Assembly (NCBI GenBank): GCA_047285805.1
Contig: JBJBCN010000002.1
Span: forward strand, 1,248,001 to 1,312,000
Source: Synechococcus sp.
Lineage (GTDB): Bacteria; Cyanobacteriota; Cyanobacteriia; PCC-6307; Cyanobiaceae
DNA: 64,000 nucleotides
Reading direction: 5' to 3'
Part shown: one piece after another, positions 18,183 to 30,163 of the stretch
Layout: the number at the start of each line of letters is the position of its first letter
How positions within the stretch are numbered: the first letter of the stretch is position 1
The notes under the pieces: generated by a model
Database searches by the model: none
The model's input: only the letters and a program-made list of their open reading frames with translations
Told to the model about the DNA's origin: nothing
Position numbers and translations under genes: made by a program

Positions 18183-19505
18183 TCAGCTCTGGTGCCATCC
18201 GCTGGTGGAACCGGCAGTGGGCCACCAGACTTGGCACTCGCGCAAGACCCGGACCTCTCGGACGCTGGGAACAAACCCCAACCAGACCGCATCACCGCCA
18301 CAGCCACAGCCAACTCCACCAGACCTGCCGATCGGGCAGCACCCACCAACGCTGCCGCCCTGCCCGCAGCGATAGGCCTCGGCTATCGGGGCTAAGGCGA
18401 CGCACGGCCAGCCCCGGGCTCTGCAGCTGCTGCCTCGGCAAGAAGTGGTCGACCGTCGTGTGGGCCAGGCCCGCCCAGAAGGGGTTGGCCTCCTGCGGCA
18501 ACGGATCGAGCAACAACAGCCAATCGAAGCGGGGCACCCCCAGCCCCTGGGCCAATTGCGCGGCACGGCCTCAACTGCTCGCGTCCGCCTTCAGGCTTAC
18601 CAGAGCCGCCCGAACCTGGAGACGGAGGACCAGCCATTGGCGCGGAATCTGGCGCACCAACAGCAATTGATCCCGGCTCTGCTCCCAGCGGCGCAATCCC
18701 ACCGCCAGAGCCAGAAGCCGCCAGCCCCAGCAGCGGGGTAGCCAGCATTGCAGGCGCTCCTCCGGGGGCCGGCCGAGAGAATCAAGCCACCCGTGGCGGC
18801 CCGCTCAGCTGAAAGCCCACATCCAACAGCCAGCGGGGGCGCAGCAGCAGCAGGAGCACCTCCAGGGGAAGGGAGCGGCGGCCGCGCTCTTTAAGAACGA
18901 ACGCCAGGGCACTCATCAAGAGGGCGCAGACCATCGACGCCTGGGCGCCCGCTAAAAAGTCCAATCAGCCCCATCGCACCGAAGGCGGAAAGCCAGCGGA
19001 TGAGCGCTGGAGCGCGGCGACTCAGCAGCAGCACAACGCCCAGCAGCACGCTCAAGTGAAAGCCGCTAGCGGCCAGGGCATGGGAGAGGCTCGCCGCCCG
19101 AAAGACACCTCGAAGCGAGGCAGGCAACGGCACCATCGCCTGCCCCAAGACCAGCGCGGCCAGCAGTCCCACAGGTTCCTTCCCACCGGCCCTGCTACAG
19201 CTCCGAGCGGTCGCGGAAGCGCAGGTGCACCCGTCCCTGGGGCACATCGGCCAGGGCCTGATAAGCCGTGCCGATCGCTCGCGGATCGTGCAGCAGCCGG
19301 GCTTCCAGCTGAACGAGCTACGTCTGCTGGTGAGGGGGAATCCGGTGAACCGGATCAGCCGCTTGCCGGGTGGGGCTGGCTGGGACGGCCCCACCCGGCA
19401 AGCAGCAGCACGGCCAGCAGCCGGGGGAGGCGCCGTCGAGGGGGGGTAGGACTCTAGGAACAGGACCACTAAGGCCCCACCAAGAGCAGCAACGGAAAAC
19501 CTCAC
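18183..19505 (-). pseudogene. comEC: ComEC/Rec2 competence protein, frameshifted and internally deleted
   Basis: GLLAALVLG, LSHALAASGFHLS and LLDVGFQLS motifs lie in different reading frames; located between glyQ and tRNA-Ser. Confidence 0.8.
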
Positions 19506-19535
19506 CCAATCCGGCTGGAGTGAGCGTTCCCTTCG

Positions 19536-20423
19536 TTATGCCTCGACCGCCGCCTCTTTCTTGAGCAGCGGGAAGCCCAGGGCTTCGCGCTCCTCAAGCC
19601 AGGCCTCAGCGACTTGCCGGGCGAGGTACCGGATCCGGCCGATCGTCGCGGTGCGCTCCGTCACAGAAATCACCCCACGGGCCTCCAGCAGGTTGAAGGT
19701 GTGGCTGCACTTCAGGACAAAGTCCAGAGCCGGTGCGGGCAGCTTCTTCGCCACTAGGTCCGCGGCCTCTGACTCATAGATCGCGAACAGCTGCTTGAGG
19801 CGCTCCGGGTTGGAGGCCTCGAAGTTGTAGGTGCACTGACCCTTCTCAAACGGCAACCAGATGTCGCCGTAGGAGCGGTTACCGTCCCAGGAGAGATCCC
19901 AGATACTCTCGACGTCCTGGAGGTACATCGCCAGACGCTCCAGGCCATAGGTGATCTCGATCGAGACCGGCCTGCAATCGATGCCGCCGCACTGCTGGAA
20001 GTAGGTGAACTGGGTCACCTCCATGCCATCGAGCCAGACTTCCCAGCCCACACCCCAGGCGCCGAGGGTCGGGGACTCCCAGTTGTCCTCGACGAAGCGA
20101 ATGTCGTGGTCCTTAGCGCGAATGCCCAGGGCTTCCAGCGAAGCCAGATAGGTCTCTTGAATCGCATCCGGACTGGGCTTGACCAGCACCTGGTACTGGA
20201 AATAGTGCTGAGCCCGGTTCGGGTTATCGCCATAGCGGCCATCGGTGGGCCGGCGGCAAGGCTCCGGGTAGGCCACCGCCCAGGGCTCCGGCCCGATGGC
20301 CCGCAGCACCGTATGGGGGCTCATCGTCCCGGCACCCTTCTCCGTGTCGTAGGGCTGAAGGATCAGACAACCCCGCTCAGCCCAAAAGCGGTTTAGGGTC
20401 TGGATGATGTCCTGGAAATGCAC
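19536..20423 (-). CDS. glyQ: Glycine--tRNA ligase alpha subunit
   Basis: GTG start, [41 protein letters not shown]. Confidence 0.97.
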   Translation of the reverse strand: MHFQDIIQTLNRFWAERGCLILQPYDTEKGAGTMSPHTVLRAIGPEPWAVAYPEPCRRPTDGRYGDNPNRAQHYFQYQVLVKPSPDAIQETYLASLEALGIRAKDHDIRFVEDNWESPTLGAWGVGWEVWLDGMEVTQFTYFQQCGGIDCRPVSIEITYGLERLAMYLQDVESIWDLSWDGNRSYGDIWLPFEKGQCTYNFEASNPERLKQLFAIYESEAADLVAKKLPAPALDFVLKCSHTFNLLEARGVISVTERTATIGRIRYLARQVAEAWLEEREALGFPLLKKEAAVEA

Positions 20424-21256
20424 TGTTGTTGCCGGACCTGGGTTTACTGGGGTCTCGAAAGCTAGAGCAGGTTGGAATGGGTAGTTCACAAGTCGTGACC
20501 CAACTCGCTCAAAGGACTTTCAACCCAACCGAGTTGGGTAGAGGTTGGGTCGATTCTCGCTAATCGCCGACCAACCCAACTATCTGGGAGGAAGGCGGAG
20601 ACACAAAGGCAGACCCCCGTGCAGCCAAGCGAAGGCAAAACGCGGACATCAAGCGCTCCCGAAAGGGTCCTGAAGGCACGCTGGGCGCTTCACCTCAAGC
20701 AGTCCAGAAGAGCGCCCATGGGGGTTTGTCGCCCATGCACATAGCTAATACTGCTTCAGAAACTGGGGCCGGAAACCCTCTGAAGCTGAGGCTTTTCCAA
20801 TTCACAGCAATGGTCGAGAGTCAGCAAAGATTTCGTAGGTCGGTCGAATAGAGCGACTGACCTTCTCTGAGGGCTCTTGAGTTATTTCAAGACTCAGCTT
20901 AGTCGTTGCAAGCTCAACCTCTATAGCCAATTGCCCCAACCGAGCACACAGGAGTTTTTGAGTTCGTGATGATATGTTTGACATGGATATCGTGCAATTG
21001 GCGTAAAGCCATAAATATGGTTTGACGATTGCGCAAAGACTTTACCTATCCAAACATAAGCATATGGTTAGGTGAAGCATTTGCTTGGCTCAGCCTGATT
21101 GGCGGGGGGTTGTGTGGTCCTCTTCTGGGTATGGGCCTCCAGATAAAATAAATCCAACGTGCCAGAGCTAGCAAATCCCATACGTGTATGGAACAAGGCG
21201 AGCAGACGCCACAGCTCAACTCTGTCAAGATTGGAGAGGAAATGCTTCTTGGCTCA

Positions 21257-21646
21257 ATGGCAGCTTTCGACGACAGCACCCCCTTTATGCTCCTGGCCCG
21301 CATCCAAGTGAAGGAGGGACGTGTTGATGAGTACTTGGAGTTGGCACGCGTCACCGATGCCGCAGTTCAAGCGAGCGAACCCGGAATGCTGCACCACACA
21401 TTCGATCAAGATCCAGATGATCCCAAGGGATTCGTCTGGTCAGAGGTCTATGCGAACGATGCAGCCTTTGCCGCTCATGTCTCAAACCCTCCCGTTCAGG
21501 AGTATCTGCAGAAGCATGCAGAACTTGGCGATGGCTTCAGCGTTGAGGTCTATGGAACTGTCGGCGACGAGTGCAAGGCTCTGATGGAGTCATTCGGACT
21601 ACCGCTACGAATCTTCCGAACGAAGCTGGGTTACAGCAGGGTCTGA
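21257..21646 (+). CDS. Antibiotic biosynthesis monooxygenase (ABM) family protein
   Basis: ARIQVKEG, EPGMLHHTF, FVWSEVYANDAAFAAH. Confidence 0.8.
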   Translation: MAAFDDSTPFMLLARIQVKEGRVDEYLELARVTDAAVQASEPGMLHHTFDQDPDDPKGFVWSEVYANDAAFAAHVSNPPVQEYLQKHAELGDGFSVEVYGTVGDECKALMESFGLPLRIFRTKLGYSRV

Positions 21647-21879
21647 TTGAACTGCAAACAGCACCTGGATACTGTGAACTGAGCAAAGCCATAAACATTG
21701 AGGACACGCTCGAGCTTTGCTCGCCATGATCCGAGAGGGAGGAGGTCATTCCGCTCATCCTCCTCAACTCTCCCCGCTACTGAGCAGTGGGGCAGTGGGC
21801 TGTATATCGGCAAAAACGAAGCGTGTAAATCGCTGGTTCGCCATGCGCAATTGTCACCACATTGCCTCGTCAATGTCTT

Positions 21880-22134
21880 CTACTGAGGCAAAGATGTCTT
21901 TGGCTCTCTGTAGCTGCCATTGCAGTGGACGACGATTTCATCAAGCAGGTATTTGGAGTTCTCCTAGATATGAGACTTGAAGCAATGGTTGAAGTACTTA
22001 GCCTCTTCTTCAACAGCGTGCATTCTTTGATTGATCTAGATAACGTTCACCATTCCAATCGCAATATAGATGGTACCAGCCGTTGCCAGCACAGGGTAGA
22101 GGTGGGCGTTGATGAGATCACGTGCGTTGTTCAT
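21880..22134 (-). pseudogene. Small picocyanobacterial hypothetical protein with two in-frame TAG stops
   Basis: MNNARDLINAHLYPVLATAGTIYIAIGMVNVI*INQR..AKYFNHCFKSHI*ENS..VVHCNGS. Confidence 0.5.
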
Positions 22135-22606
22135 AGTTTTTTTTGTAGGCGTAATCTTTTTCTAGCCAGCTTCGGGGGATCGACCCATCTCCGTCTGTCG
22201 GGTATGACGATCAGAGGTGGATCAGCAGAAAACTGCAATAACGGGCTTACCGGCCCCCGCTTGATGGATCGCAAGCCGTAAACAGGTGTTTCTACTGATG
22301 CCAGTTCCTGATGGCCCAACTATTACGGGGTCCGACACCTAGAAGGCCTGCCTTCATTCTGACGGGTTAGGTGCCGAGGGGGCGGTGGGGACACCGCCCT
22401 TCTCGGTGCCAGCTTTCCTGGCGAAGATGGGGAGCAAATGGAATGCAATCCATGCAGTACCAATTCGCTAATCCAAGTTAGCGCCACAAATCCGATGCGC
22501 TCTGTCGTTTCTCGGCCTCAGGGAATGCCAGGCTTCAAGAAGCCACCCGTGAATTGACAGTTGCTGCAGACATGAGTGGCATTCAGGAGAAAGCTGCCTT
22601 TTCGAA

Positions 22607-22894
22607 ATGAATACATGCATCCCACTTCCAGTAATCACTACCATCATCGCCTGCATCTTTGCCATACACCTGCTTGCGAATGAGCACATGAACCCAATCC
22701 CGCGGAAACTAAAGAAAGCATTATCATGGTCATTAATTGCATTTGTCCTATTAGTAAATACTGGCACTTTTGCTGGATTTTATGTCAGCAAGCTGATTGG
22801 CTGGTGGGAGGATGATTGGCAGACAGTTGCCTTATCTATAATTGCGGGCATAGGTTCATGGTATTTCCTTTTTCTAGCATTTGGACTGCTATAG
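22607..22894 (+). CDS. Hypothetical membrane protein
   Basis: 95 aa with three hydrophobic segments. Confidence 0.55.
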   Translation: MNTCIPLPVITTIIACIFAIHLLANEHMNPIPRKLKKALSWSLIAFVLLVNTGTFAGFYVSKLIGWWEDDWQTVALSIIAGIGSWYFLFLAFGLL

Positions 22895-23338
22895 TCAATG
22901 GCAGGTAAGTCAGGACAGGTTTAAGCAGTATCCAGCTACCTGAGGATCATGTAAGCAGCGCTTCACCCCGCTCTTATCAAGTGACTGAGAAATCACCAGC
23001 GCACGACTTACTTCAGATAGGCGACATCGAACCTGTGGCTAACGGCCGCCCTTCTCAATGGGTTGGGTTGCTTCCACCCAACACTGGTTTCGAATCTCGT
23101 AGACCAGCACAGAGCCGACGCAGTCGCTGTGAGCGCAAACGTCTGTGGCTAGTCATCCCATGGAGGTTTTTCTTGGCTGGTCGCTGGTGGGTCATTTACG
23201 GCTCGCTGCTTTGAGAACCTCAGGCCGAGTGCTAAGTCCCACACACAACGCCAAAGGGGTAACCAAAGACACGTCACCGCTTAAGCCCTGACTCCACTAT
23301 TGACAGGAGACCTTCGAATGGGTTTCAAGGGAGAACCT

Positions 23339-23366
23339 GAGGCGGGGTGGAACCCGCCTCTTTTTT
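23339..23366 (+). terminator. Intrinsic terminator
   Basis: GAGGCGGG-GTGGAA-CCCGCCTC followed by T6. Confidence 0.7.
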
Positions 23367-23709
23367 ATGTCTCCCTGGCCACTGATGGTTTGCTTCAGCA
23401 GACGCTGCTGCCAATCCTGCACCAGCTAGTCCAGGCGGGTGAGCACAGCTGGGTTCAATGGAAGCCGCACAGTAACCGGCCAATGCCTAGCTGATGCCGC
23501 CAAACGGATACCCTCTATGAGACAACTGGAGTCCTTGTGAGTACGCGAAGCGGCTACGGAGATTTGGACAGGAGCCTCGCTAGAGCCAAGCGAGACAAAT
23601 GAAGCAGCCTGGTAGTGGATGCAATCGTTATGTGTTCTCAACCCGGGGAAGCAAAGTCCTGTGGTTGCCTTGTTGTGGGTAGATAGCGGAAGTATCAACC
23701 ACAAGCGCA

Positions 23710-24423
23710 TCAGGCAAAACCTCTTCCCACAGCGTTAATCTTCTCTTTTGCATCTAAGAATTCAACTTTATCTGTGGCGGGATCGTAGATTGTGAATTTA
23801 CAGCCGCTGCCAATTCCGATAATCGTTCGTTTTGGCACGCTGTGATCAGATTCATGCTTAGCAGCATGATCAACAACCTGAGAGTGCACTACCCCTCCAG
23901 AAAGTTCAATAGTGAACTGCTTGTGACTCCGCGCTGTAAATAGACGATTGACATCCAAGCGCGTAAGCCGGTCCAGAAGAATCAGAGGTGATGTCTTCTC
24001 AGTAAGCTGATCGCCAACATCGGCGGAGCTTCCATGGATCAAGGCGCAGTCTAGTTCTATAAATCCAAACTGAAGATTTGCCAACCATGAAACATGACTC
24101 TGATCAACAGAGGAAACAAGTCTATGCACAAGATCTTTACCTTTCTGTTGCCTCAGCAGGTCTGCCTTGCGATCACCTCGGTAACCAAGCTCTGCCAAAA
24201 GCTGATCCTCCCACCAGCCATAGATGCAATCAGGTGCGATGTCATTATGTTTTGGGTTTCGAATTCGTTCAAGCAATGCATTGCAGTTTGAACTTGCTCC
24301 GACTAAGTCTCCTAGAATAAAAAGATTAGCAACTCCCCTTTTGTGCTTAAGGTGACGTTGGATCTGCTCATAAGTTTCAAGGTCACCATTAAGACCGCTA
24401 ACGAGTGCCCAGCGCTCCATCAT
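23710..24423 (-). CDS. Metallophosphoesterase-like protein with degenerate metal ligands
   Basis: LGDLVG and IHGS retained, but the DxH motif reads SGLNG; paralog of the upstream gene. Confidence 0.8.
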   Translation of the reverse strand: MMERWALVSGLNGDLETYEQIQRHLKHKRGVANLFILGDLVGASSNCNALLERIRNPKHNDIAPDCIYGWWEDQLLAELGYRGDRKADLLRQQKGKDLVHRLVSSVDQSHVSWLANLQFGFIELDCALIHGSSADVGDQLTEKTSPLILLDRLTRLDVNRLFTARSHKQFTIELSGGVVHSQVVDHAAKHESDHSVPKRTIIGIGSGCKFTIYDPATDKVEFLDAKEKINAVGRGFA

Positions 24424-25235
24424 CGCTCACACACATGAGAAGCATCGTCGGCACGCTCGGCATACTCAAAGCCATGGCCAAGTCTCCATGCAAATATAGC
24501 GGGCAGGCCGGCTTCTATAATTGCCTTACAAGTCTTCTGGACGTCGTAACCAACCTCTCGAATTGTCACTGATCCAGTTTCTTCATTGTGGATCACGTAC
24601 GTGGCCTTTGTATTGCCATGTCGAGGCTCTCCAACAGAGCCGGCGTTCACTATTCGACGTAGGGGTATCTCCATCTCAGCTGTTAGCGACTCATTGTGCT
24701 CAGGCATCTGGACTTTAACTTGAATACTTCCACCACTTAACTCGCGCACATAGGGTTGATGGGTATGACCACAGAATAGAGTTTCAGCGCAAGCAGTCTC
24801 GACACGTTCAAGCGCTGCAAAAGCACTCATATCAGGCAGAAGATATTCATGCTGACTGTTTGGACTACCATGTACAAAAAGAAGCTTATTGCGACGGAAA
24901 GACATTGGCAAAGCCGCAAGATAGCTCTTGTTATCGTCGGTTAAGACTGCATCTGTCCAACGATGTGCACGATGACCTCGCCTCTCTGCCAGCTGAGATG
25001 GGTAACTGCAGTCACAAGCATTGAGGCCGTCAATAATGTCCTCATCCCAACAACCCTGGCAGGATGGTATTTTTCTCTGTCGAAGTAACTCAATCACTTC
25101 ATTGGGCTGAGGGCCATACCCAACGAGATCCCCGAGGCATGTAATTCTATTAATACCCTGGGAGTCAATGTCCTTGAGAACTGCCTCGAATGCAGCAAGG
25201 TTTGCATGTAGACAGGAAATGACAGCGTGATTCAT
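24420..25235 (-). CDS. Metallophosphoesterase family protein
   Basis: SCLHAN, CLGDLVGYGP, VHGSP, CGHTH, NAGSVG.PR. Confidence 0.9.
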   Translation of the reverse strand: MNHAVISCLHANLAAFEAVLKDIDSQGINRITCLGDLVGYGPQPNEVIELLRQRKIPSCQGCWDEDIIDGLNACDCSYPSQLAERRGHRAHRWTDAVLTDDNKSYLAALPMSFRRNKLLFVHGSPNSQHEYLLPDMSAFAALERVETACAETLFCGHTHQPYVRELSGGSIQVKVQMPEHNESLTAEMEIPLRRIVNAGSVGEPRHGNTKATYVIHNEETGSVTIREVGYDVQKTCKAIIEAGLPAIFAWRLGHGFEYAERADDASHVCER

Positions 25236-25248
25236 TGGATTCAGAATA

Positions 25249-26016
25249 CTATGAATGAGATTGTTGCCGTGTCCGCAGTTGTTGCTGTTGTACTTCTAGA
25301 GCATCGTCAGAGATAAGGCAGTCGTTAATCGTTGACTTGATACCTTCTTGATTGAGGTCTCTACCCTGAACCACAAGTTCAGATACGCAACTTGGCCTAC
25401 CATTTGGTGCAGATAACTGATTGAGTGGAAGGAATTGAGAGCCTTGCTGGCTTACCATCCAGTTGAAGTAAAAGGATCTACCGTCGGGCAGATTCATTAA
25501 TGCCTTAGCTCGGTAGACATCACCATATGCACCATTAACTAATTCAAACCAAAAGGCATTGAGACTGTCAGGATCCCAGACTTCACCGCCAAGGTCAAGG
25601 TTCAAGGATTCTAAGACACTGAATTCGAGCGTATCATTCGTTGGTAGTTCCAGGTCTCGTCCGAAATGAAGATAGGCGGTTGGCTTAACATATAGTTTAT
25701 TCAACTGATCCCTTACACCTTCACTAAATGCATCAATGCCTGTTTTCTCGGGTGGACGGAATTCTTGCAGCTCAATTATCAGAAGCTGATTATCCTCTTC
25801 CCTACACGTAAGCAATGAGGATTGAAGGTTGGGCACTTGATCTTGCAGCCAGGCTTGGTCGATCCCAGAGTCATTGCCTTGTTCAAGTTTGAGGCAGCTT
25901 TCTCCAGCAAGGCGCATATAAGCCCTGGAACCTTGGTGTTCCTGGAGAGCCTTCAGTGCCCATGCGGTTTTTCCGCAACCAGGAGGCCCTGAAAGCAATG
26001 TGACCTTAGCCCCCAA
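25249..26016 (-). CDS. CobW/COG0523-like protein (Walker A plus CobW_C-like C-terminus)
   Basis: SGPPGCGKT; VYRAKA..ELVVQGRDL; no CxCC motif seen. Confidence 0.7.
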   Translation of the reverse strand: MGAKVTLLSGPPGCGKTAWALKALQEHQGSRAYMRLAGESCLKLEQGNDSGIDQAWLQDQVPNLQSSLLTCREEDNQLLIIELQEFRPPEKTGIDAFSEGVRDQLNKLYVKPTAYLHFGRDLELPTNDTLEFSVLESLNLDLGGEVWDPDSLNAFWFELVNGAYGDVYRAKALMNLPDGRSFYFNWMVSQQGSQFLPLNQLSAPNGRPSCVSELVVQGRDLNQEGIKSTINDCLISDDALEVQQQQLRTRQQSHS

Positions 26017-26024
26017 AATCCTTC

Positions 26025-26047
26025 ACAGGAATGGTAATCGTTCCTAT
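26025..26047. promoter_or_regulatory. Zur/Fur-type inverted repeat
   Basis: ACAGGAATGGTAATCGTTCCTAT; core matches AATGATnATCATT with 2 mismatches; adjacent to a minus-strand CATAAT -10-like hexamer. Confidence 0.55.
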
Positions 26048-26159
26048 TATGGCCTAGAGTGATGATGAGCGTCTAGGGCGCAACCGCTGAGTGGCTATGA
26101 ATTTGAACAGTCCATAACGCCAACTCTCGCTAACGTTTAGGCGGTAGGGGTTTTTCGTT

Positions 26160-26429
26160 ATGCCAACTCTGGAAGAATTTACATACATTCTACTAGACCT
26201 TGCTCTAGTGGTTTTCTTGTCTCAGAAGGGATATGAGTTCTTTAGTGCTTACTACAAGCGAAAGCGTTTAGTAAATAATCATCCAGAGATGAAAGGAGTC
26301 GACCCAGACGAGGAAAGTATGTTCGTATTCGAGAGTGACGAAATACTGAAAGACTTCGTCCTCAGCAATGACGAGCCAGGTGCTGATGAGCCATTCTATG
26401 TCTCAGAGGAAGATATTGACAGCCAGTGA
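26160..26429 (+). CDS. Hypothetical protein, possibly DUF2973-like
   Basis: N-terminal TM helix, HPEM motif, acidic tail. Confidence 0.55.
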   Translation: MPTLEEFTYILLDLALVVFLSQKGYEFFSAYYKRKRLVNNHPEMKGVDPDEESMFVFESDEILKDFVLSNDEPGADEPFYVSEEDIDSQ

Positions 26430-26656
26430 CCCTCAACAATTCATACAAGAACATGGAAGAGTGGACTGAAGAATTTGTGCAGAATGCACAAACGGAGCTG
26501 ATATCAATGGTCGAAGACTGGAAATATGAATTTGGGGCTGATGACATCGAATGCTCAGCTATGCTTCTATGGATGGTATTACGTCTAGGGGCGAATCTAA
26601 AGTCATCCCAGGAAGTCATCTCAATACTTTGCAGTGAGAAGTTGTCTTCAAGTTGA
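26426..26656 (+). CDS. Hypothetical protein
   Basis: 76-aa ORF overlapping the previous stop (GTGA). Confidence 0.5.
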   Translation: MTLNNSYKNMEEWTEEFVQNAQTELISMVEDWKYEFGADDIECSAMLLWMVLRLGANLKSSQEVISILCSEKLSSS

Positions 26657-26736
26657 AATTCATCTTGCTAGAGGGTATAAGCATGCGCGCAAGGCAATAA
26701 CTAAAGATTAAATCTTTAGGTGGGACTTTCGGCTGA

Positions 26737-28110
<1,374 letters not shown>

Positions 28111-28118
28111 GCAGCCAG

Positions 28119-29012
28119 TTGTCACTTATTCTTCCAAGAGAGTACAACAAGATTAACTCTCTTCAACGAGCTGGTGTCCTTTGGATAGATCCATTCCTTG
28201 CACAGAAGCAAGACATTAGACCGCTTCGGATTGGAATAATTAATATTATGCCCCTTGGGATGCAGTATGAATACAACCTGCTGCACCCACTTGGATTATC
28301 ACCTCTCCAGATTGAGCCCATATGGATTCGCCTGTCTAGCCATGACTACAAGACATGGGATCGAGACCATTTGGACCGTACATATATTTCTTGGGAAGAA
28401 GCGAATTCTAACGACTTCGTAGATGGGCTAGTTATTACTGGTGCGCCAGTCGAGCATCTGGAATTTGAAAAAGTCAAATATTGGGAAGAGCTAGTGATGA
28501 TCATTCATGAAGCTCGTGCCCATTGCGCTAGCACACTTGGTCTTTGCTGGGCTGGTTTTGCATTGGCTTATCTAGCTGGAGTTAATAAGAGACCGTTATC
28601 ACAAAAGCTTTTCGGGGTGTTTCCTCTCAAGTCACTAGCTCCAGATAATCCAGTGATTAGCAGCCAAGATGACATCTTTGTTTGCCCACAAAGCCGGCAT
28701 GCATCACTAGATGATCAGCAGATGGAAAAAGCAGCGCTTCAAGGAAAGTTGAGGCTTCTAGCTCATGGAAAGGGTGTTGGCTACACCATCTTTGAAACAT
28801 CCGACCAAAAGCAGCTTATGCATCTCGGTCATCCAGAATATAATGCAGATAGGATTCTTGCGGAAATGGCGAGGGATCGTGGCCGAGGTGATGTTCCACC
28901 TCCGTTCAACTTTGATGAACACGAGCCTATTACAATCTGGAGATCGCACCGAAACTTGTTTTTTCAGCAATGGCTCTGGCTCTGCTATCAGAGGCTTAGC
29001 TTTAAGAGTTAG
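28119..29012 (+). CDS. metA: Homoserine O-acyltransferase, MetA family (probably acetyltransferase)
   Basis: QDIRPLRIGIINIMP, ITGAPVE, LCWAG (catalytic Cys), PQSRH, GHPEY. Confidence 0.93.
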   Translation: MSLILPREYNKINSLQRAGVLWIDPFLAQKQDIRPLRIGIINIMPLGMQYEYNLLHPLGLSPLQIEPIWIRLSSHDYKTWDRDHLDRTYISWEEANSNDFVDGLVITGAPVEHLEFEKVKYWEELVMIIHEARAHCASTLGLCWAGFALAYLAGVNKRPLSQKLFGVFPLKSLAPDNPVISSQDDIFVCPQSRHASLDDQQMEKAALQGKLRLLAHGKGVGYTIFETSDQKQLMHLGHPEYNADRILAEMARDRGRGDVPPPFNFDEHEPITIWRSHRNLFFQQWLWLCYQRLSFKS

Positions 29013-29568
29013 ATTAATGATATGAATTCATTGGTGGGATGGATCACTTTGACATCTCTTAATCAGAGCACGACAGCTTTCTTCGTCGGGCTCGGTTTCT
29101 CTCTCCCTCTAGGTTATTAAATTCGGAATCTGGGGCAGAACGGCACAGCGGTTCACCCCATGCAGCGCAGTCATTCTCGGGTTCTGCTGAATCCGATTGA
29201 CTTACAACTGAGCGCCATCTCAATGGGCTGTAGAAGCTCTTAAACGGGCCGTTGGTTTACCGTAGAGGTTCACGCAGAAGTGGGGCGTGGGGGCTTCTGG
29301 AGCCCTTGGGGGTACGAAATAGGAGTGCGGAAATTTGGGGCAGTGAACTGAGGGCGAGTGCCACTCCCCCCCCGGTGTTCCTTTCTTTAAGACCCTCAAA
29401 AGCCAAGGCTTCTCATACCAGGTCTTGGGCTACCCATCCCGGACGCCGGGAGTCCCCCGCTTGCAGATGGAGCCAATCGAGTAGAGCGCGGTTCAATTCG
29501 AGTCACTGCGACAAACAGCCCGATGAACACGATCAACACGATGAACCGGATCGCCCTGCCAGTCGCCG

Positions 29569-29784
29569 TCATTGCCCCAATCCTGAAGTCCTGTCATCAC
29601 ACTCTCCGGTTCGAAGCAGCAACAACTGCAATTCACGCTCTTGGATCGCCTGATAGGCGCGGCGCAGCCCATTTACTTCGACGCAGACTCGTTCCGGATC
29701 GCAAACGCGAAACCAGTCGTCGCCAGCGATCTCAACCGTAAAACCAGTCTCTGTCTCGAAAACTGGAGGTAGGTCTTTCTCCAT
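29569..29784 (-). CDS. Small hypothetical protein
   Basis: MEKDLPPVFETETGFTVEIAGDDWFRVCDPERVCVEV; protein-like part of the 113-aa track ORF. Confidence 0.45.
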   Translation of the reverse strand: MEKDLPPVFETETGFTVEIAGDDWFRVCDPERVCVEVNGLRRAYQAIQERELQLLLLRTGECDDRTSGLGQ

Positions 29785-30163
29785 CCAATTCAGCAAGCTC
29801 ACTCTGTTGGTAGCTGCCAAGGCAATGGGATTGGTGGGGCTTAAGGATCCCCTCGCCTCATGCTGCCGATACGCGCCTAAGTGGCCTGGGAAAGAGTGAA
29901 GATCGCGCATCCAGCGATGCTTGGCTGGTCCTTACCTCCAGGGTTCCTCTAGTGGATGCGCCACCCCCTTGCACTGCTGGCAGCACCAAGGTCATAACAG
30001 CTGAGGAAACGGCTCCCCGCAGACCCCGTAATCAGAGACAGGGGTTCCACCTACCGCGTAGCCCTCACCTCAACACTCCCCACAGCGAGCTGTGGTCAGG
30101 GGAGCTGTTGATGCTTTTTGGTTGCCGCGTGGCTAATGCAGGAGCATCCCATCTTCCCCACTC

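Noticed and set aside
20424..20489. 22-aa N-terminal extension of GlyQ
   Set aside because: It lies in island-derived DNA; the family-typical start is GTG at 20423 (MHFQDII).
17885..20581. CRISPR array from clustered short repeats
   Set aside because: Repeats are 10 bp or shorter, irregularly spaced, and no cas genes are present.
29250..29510. tRNA fragment or glutamine riboswitch (GGGGCGTGGG, GGTTCAATTC)
   Set aside because: No cloverleaf or complementary stems supporting either.
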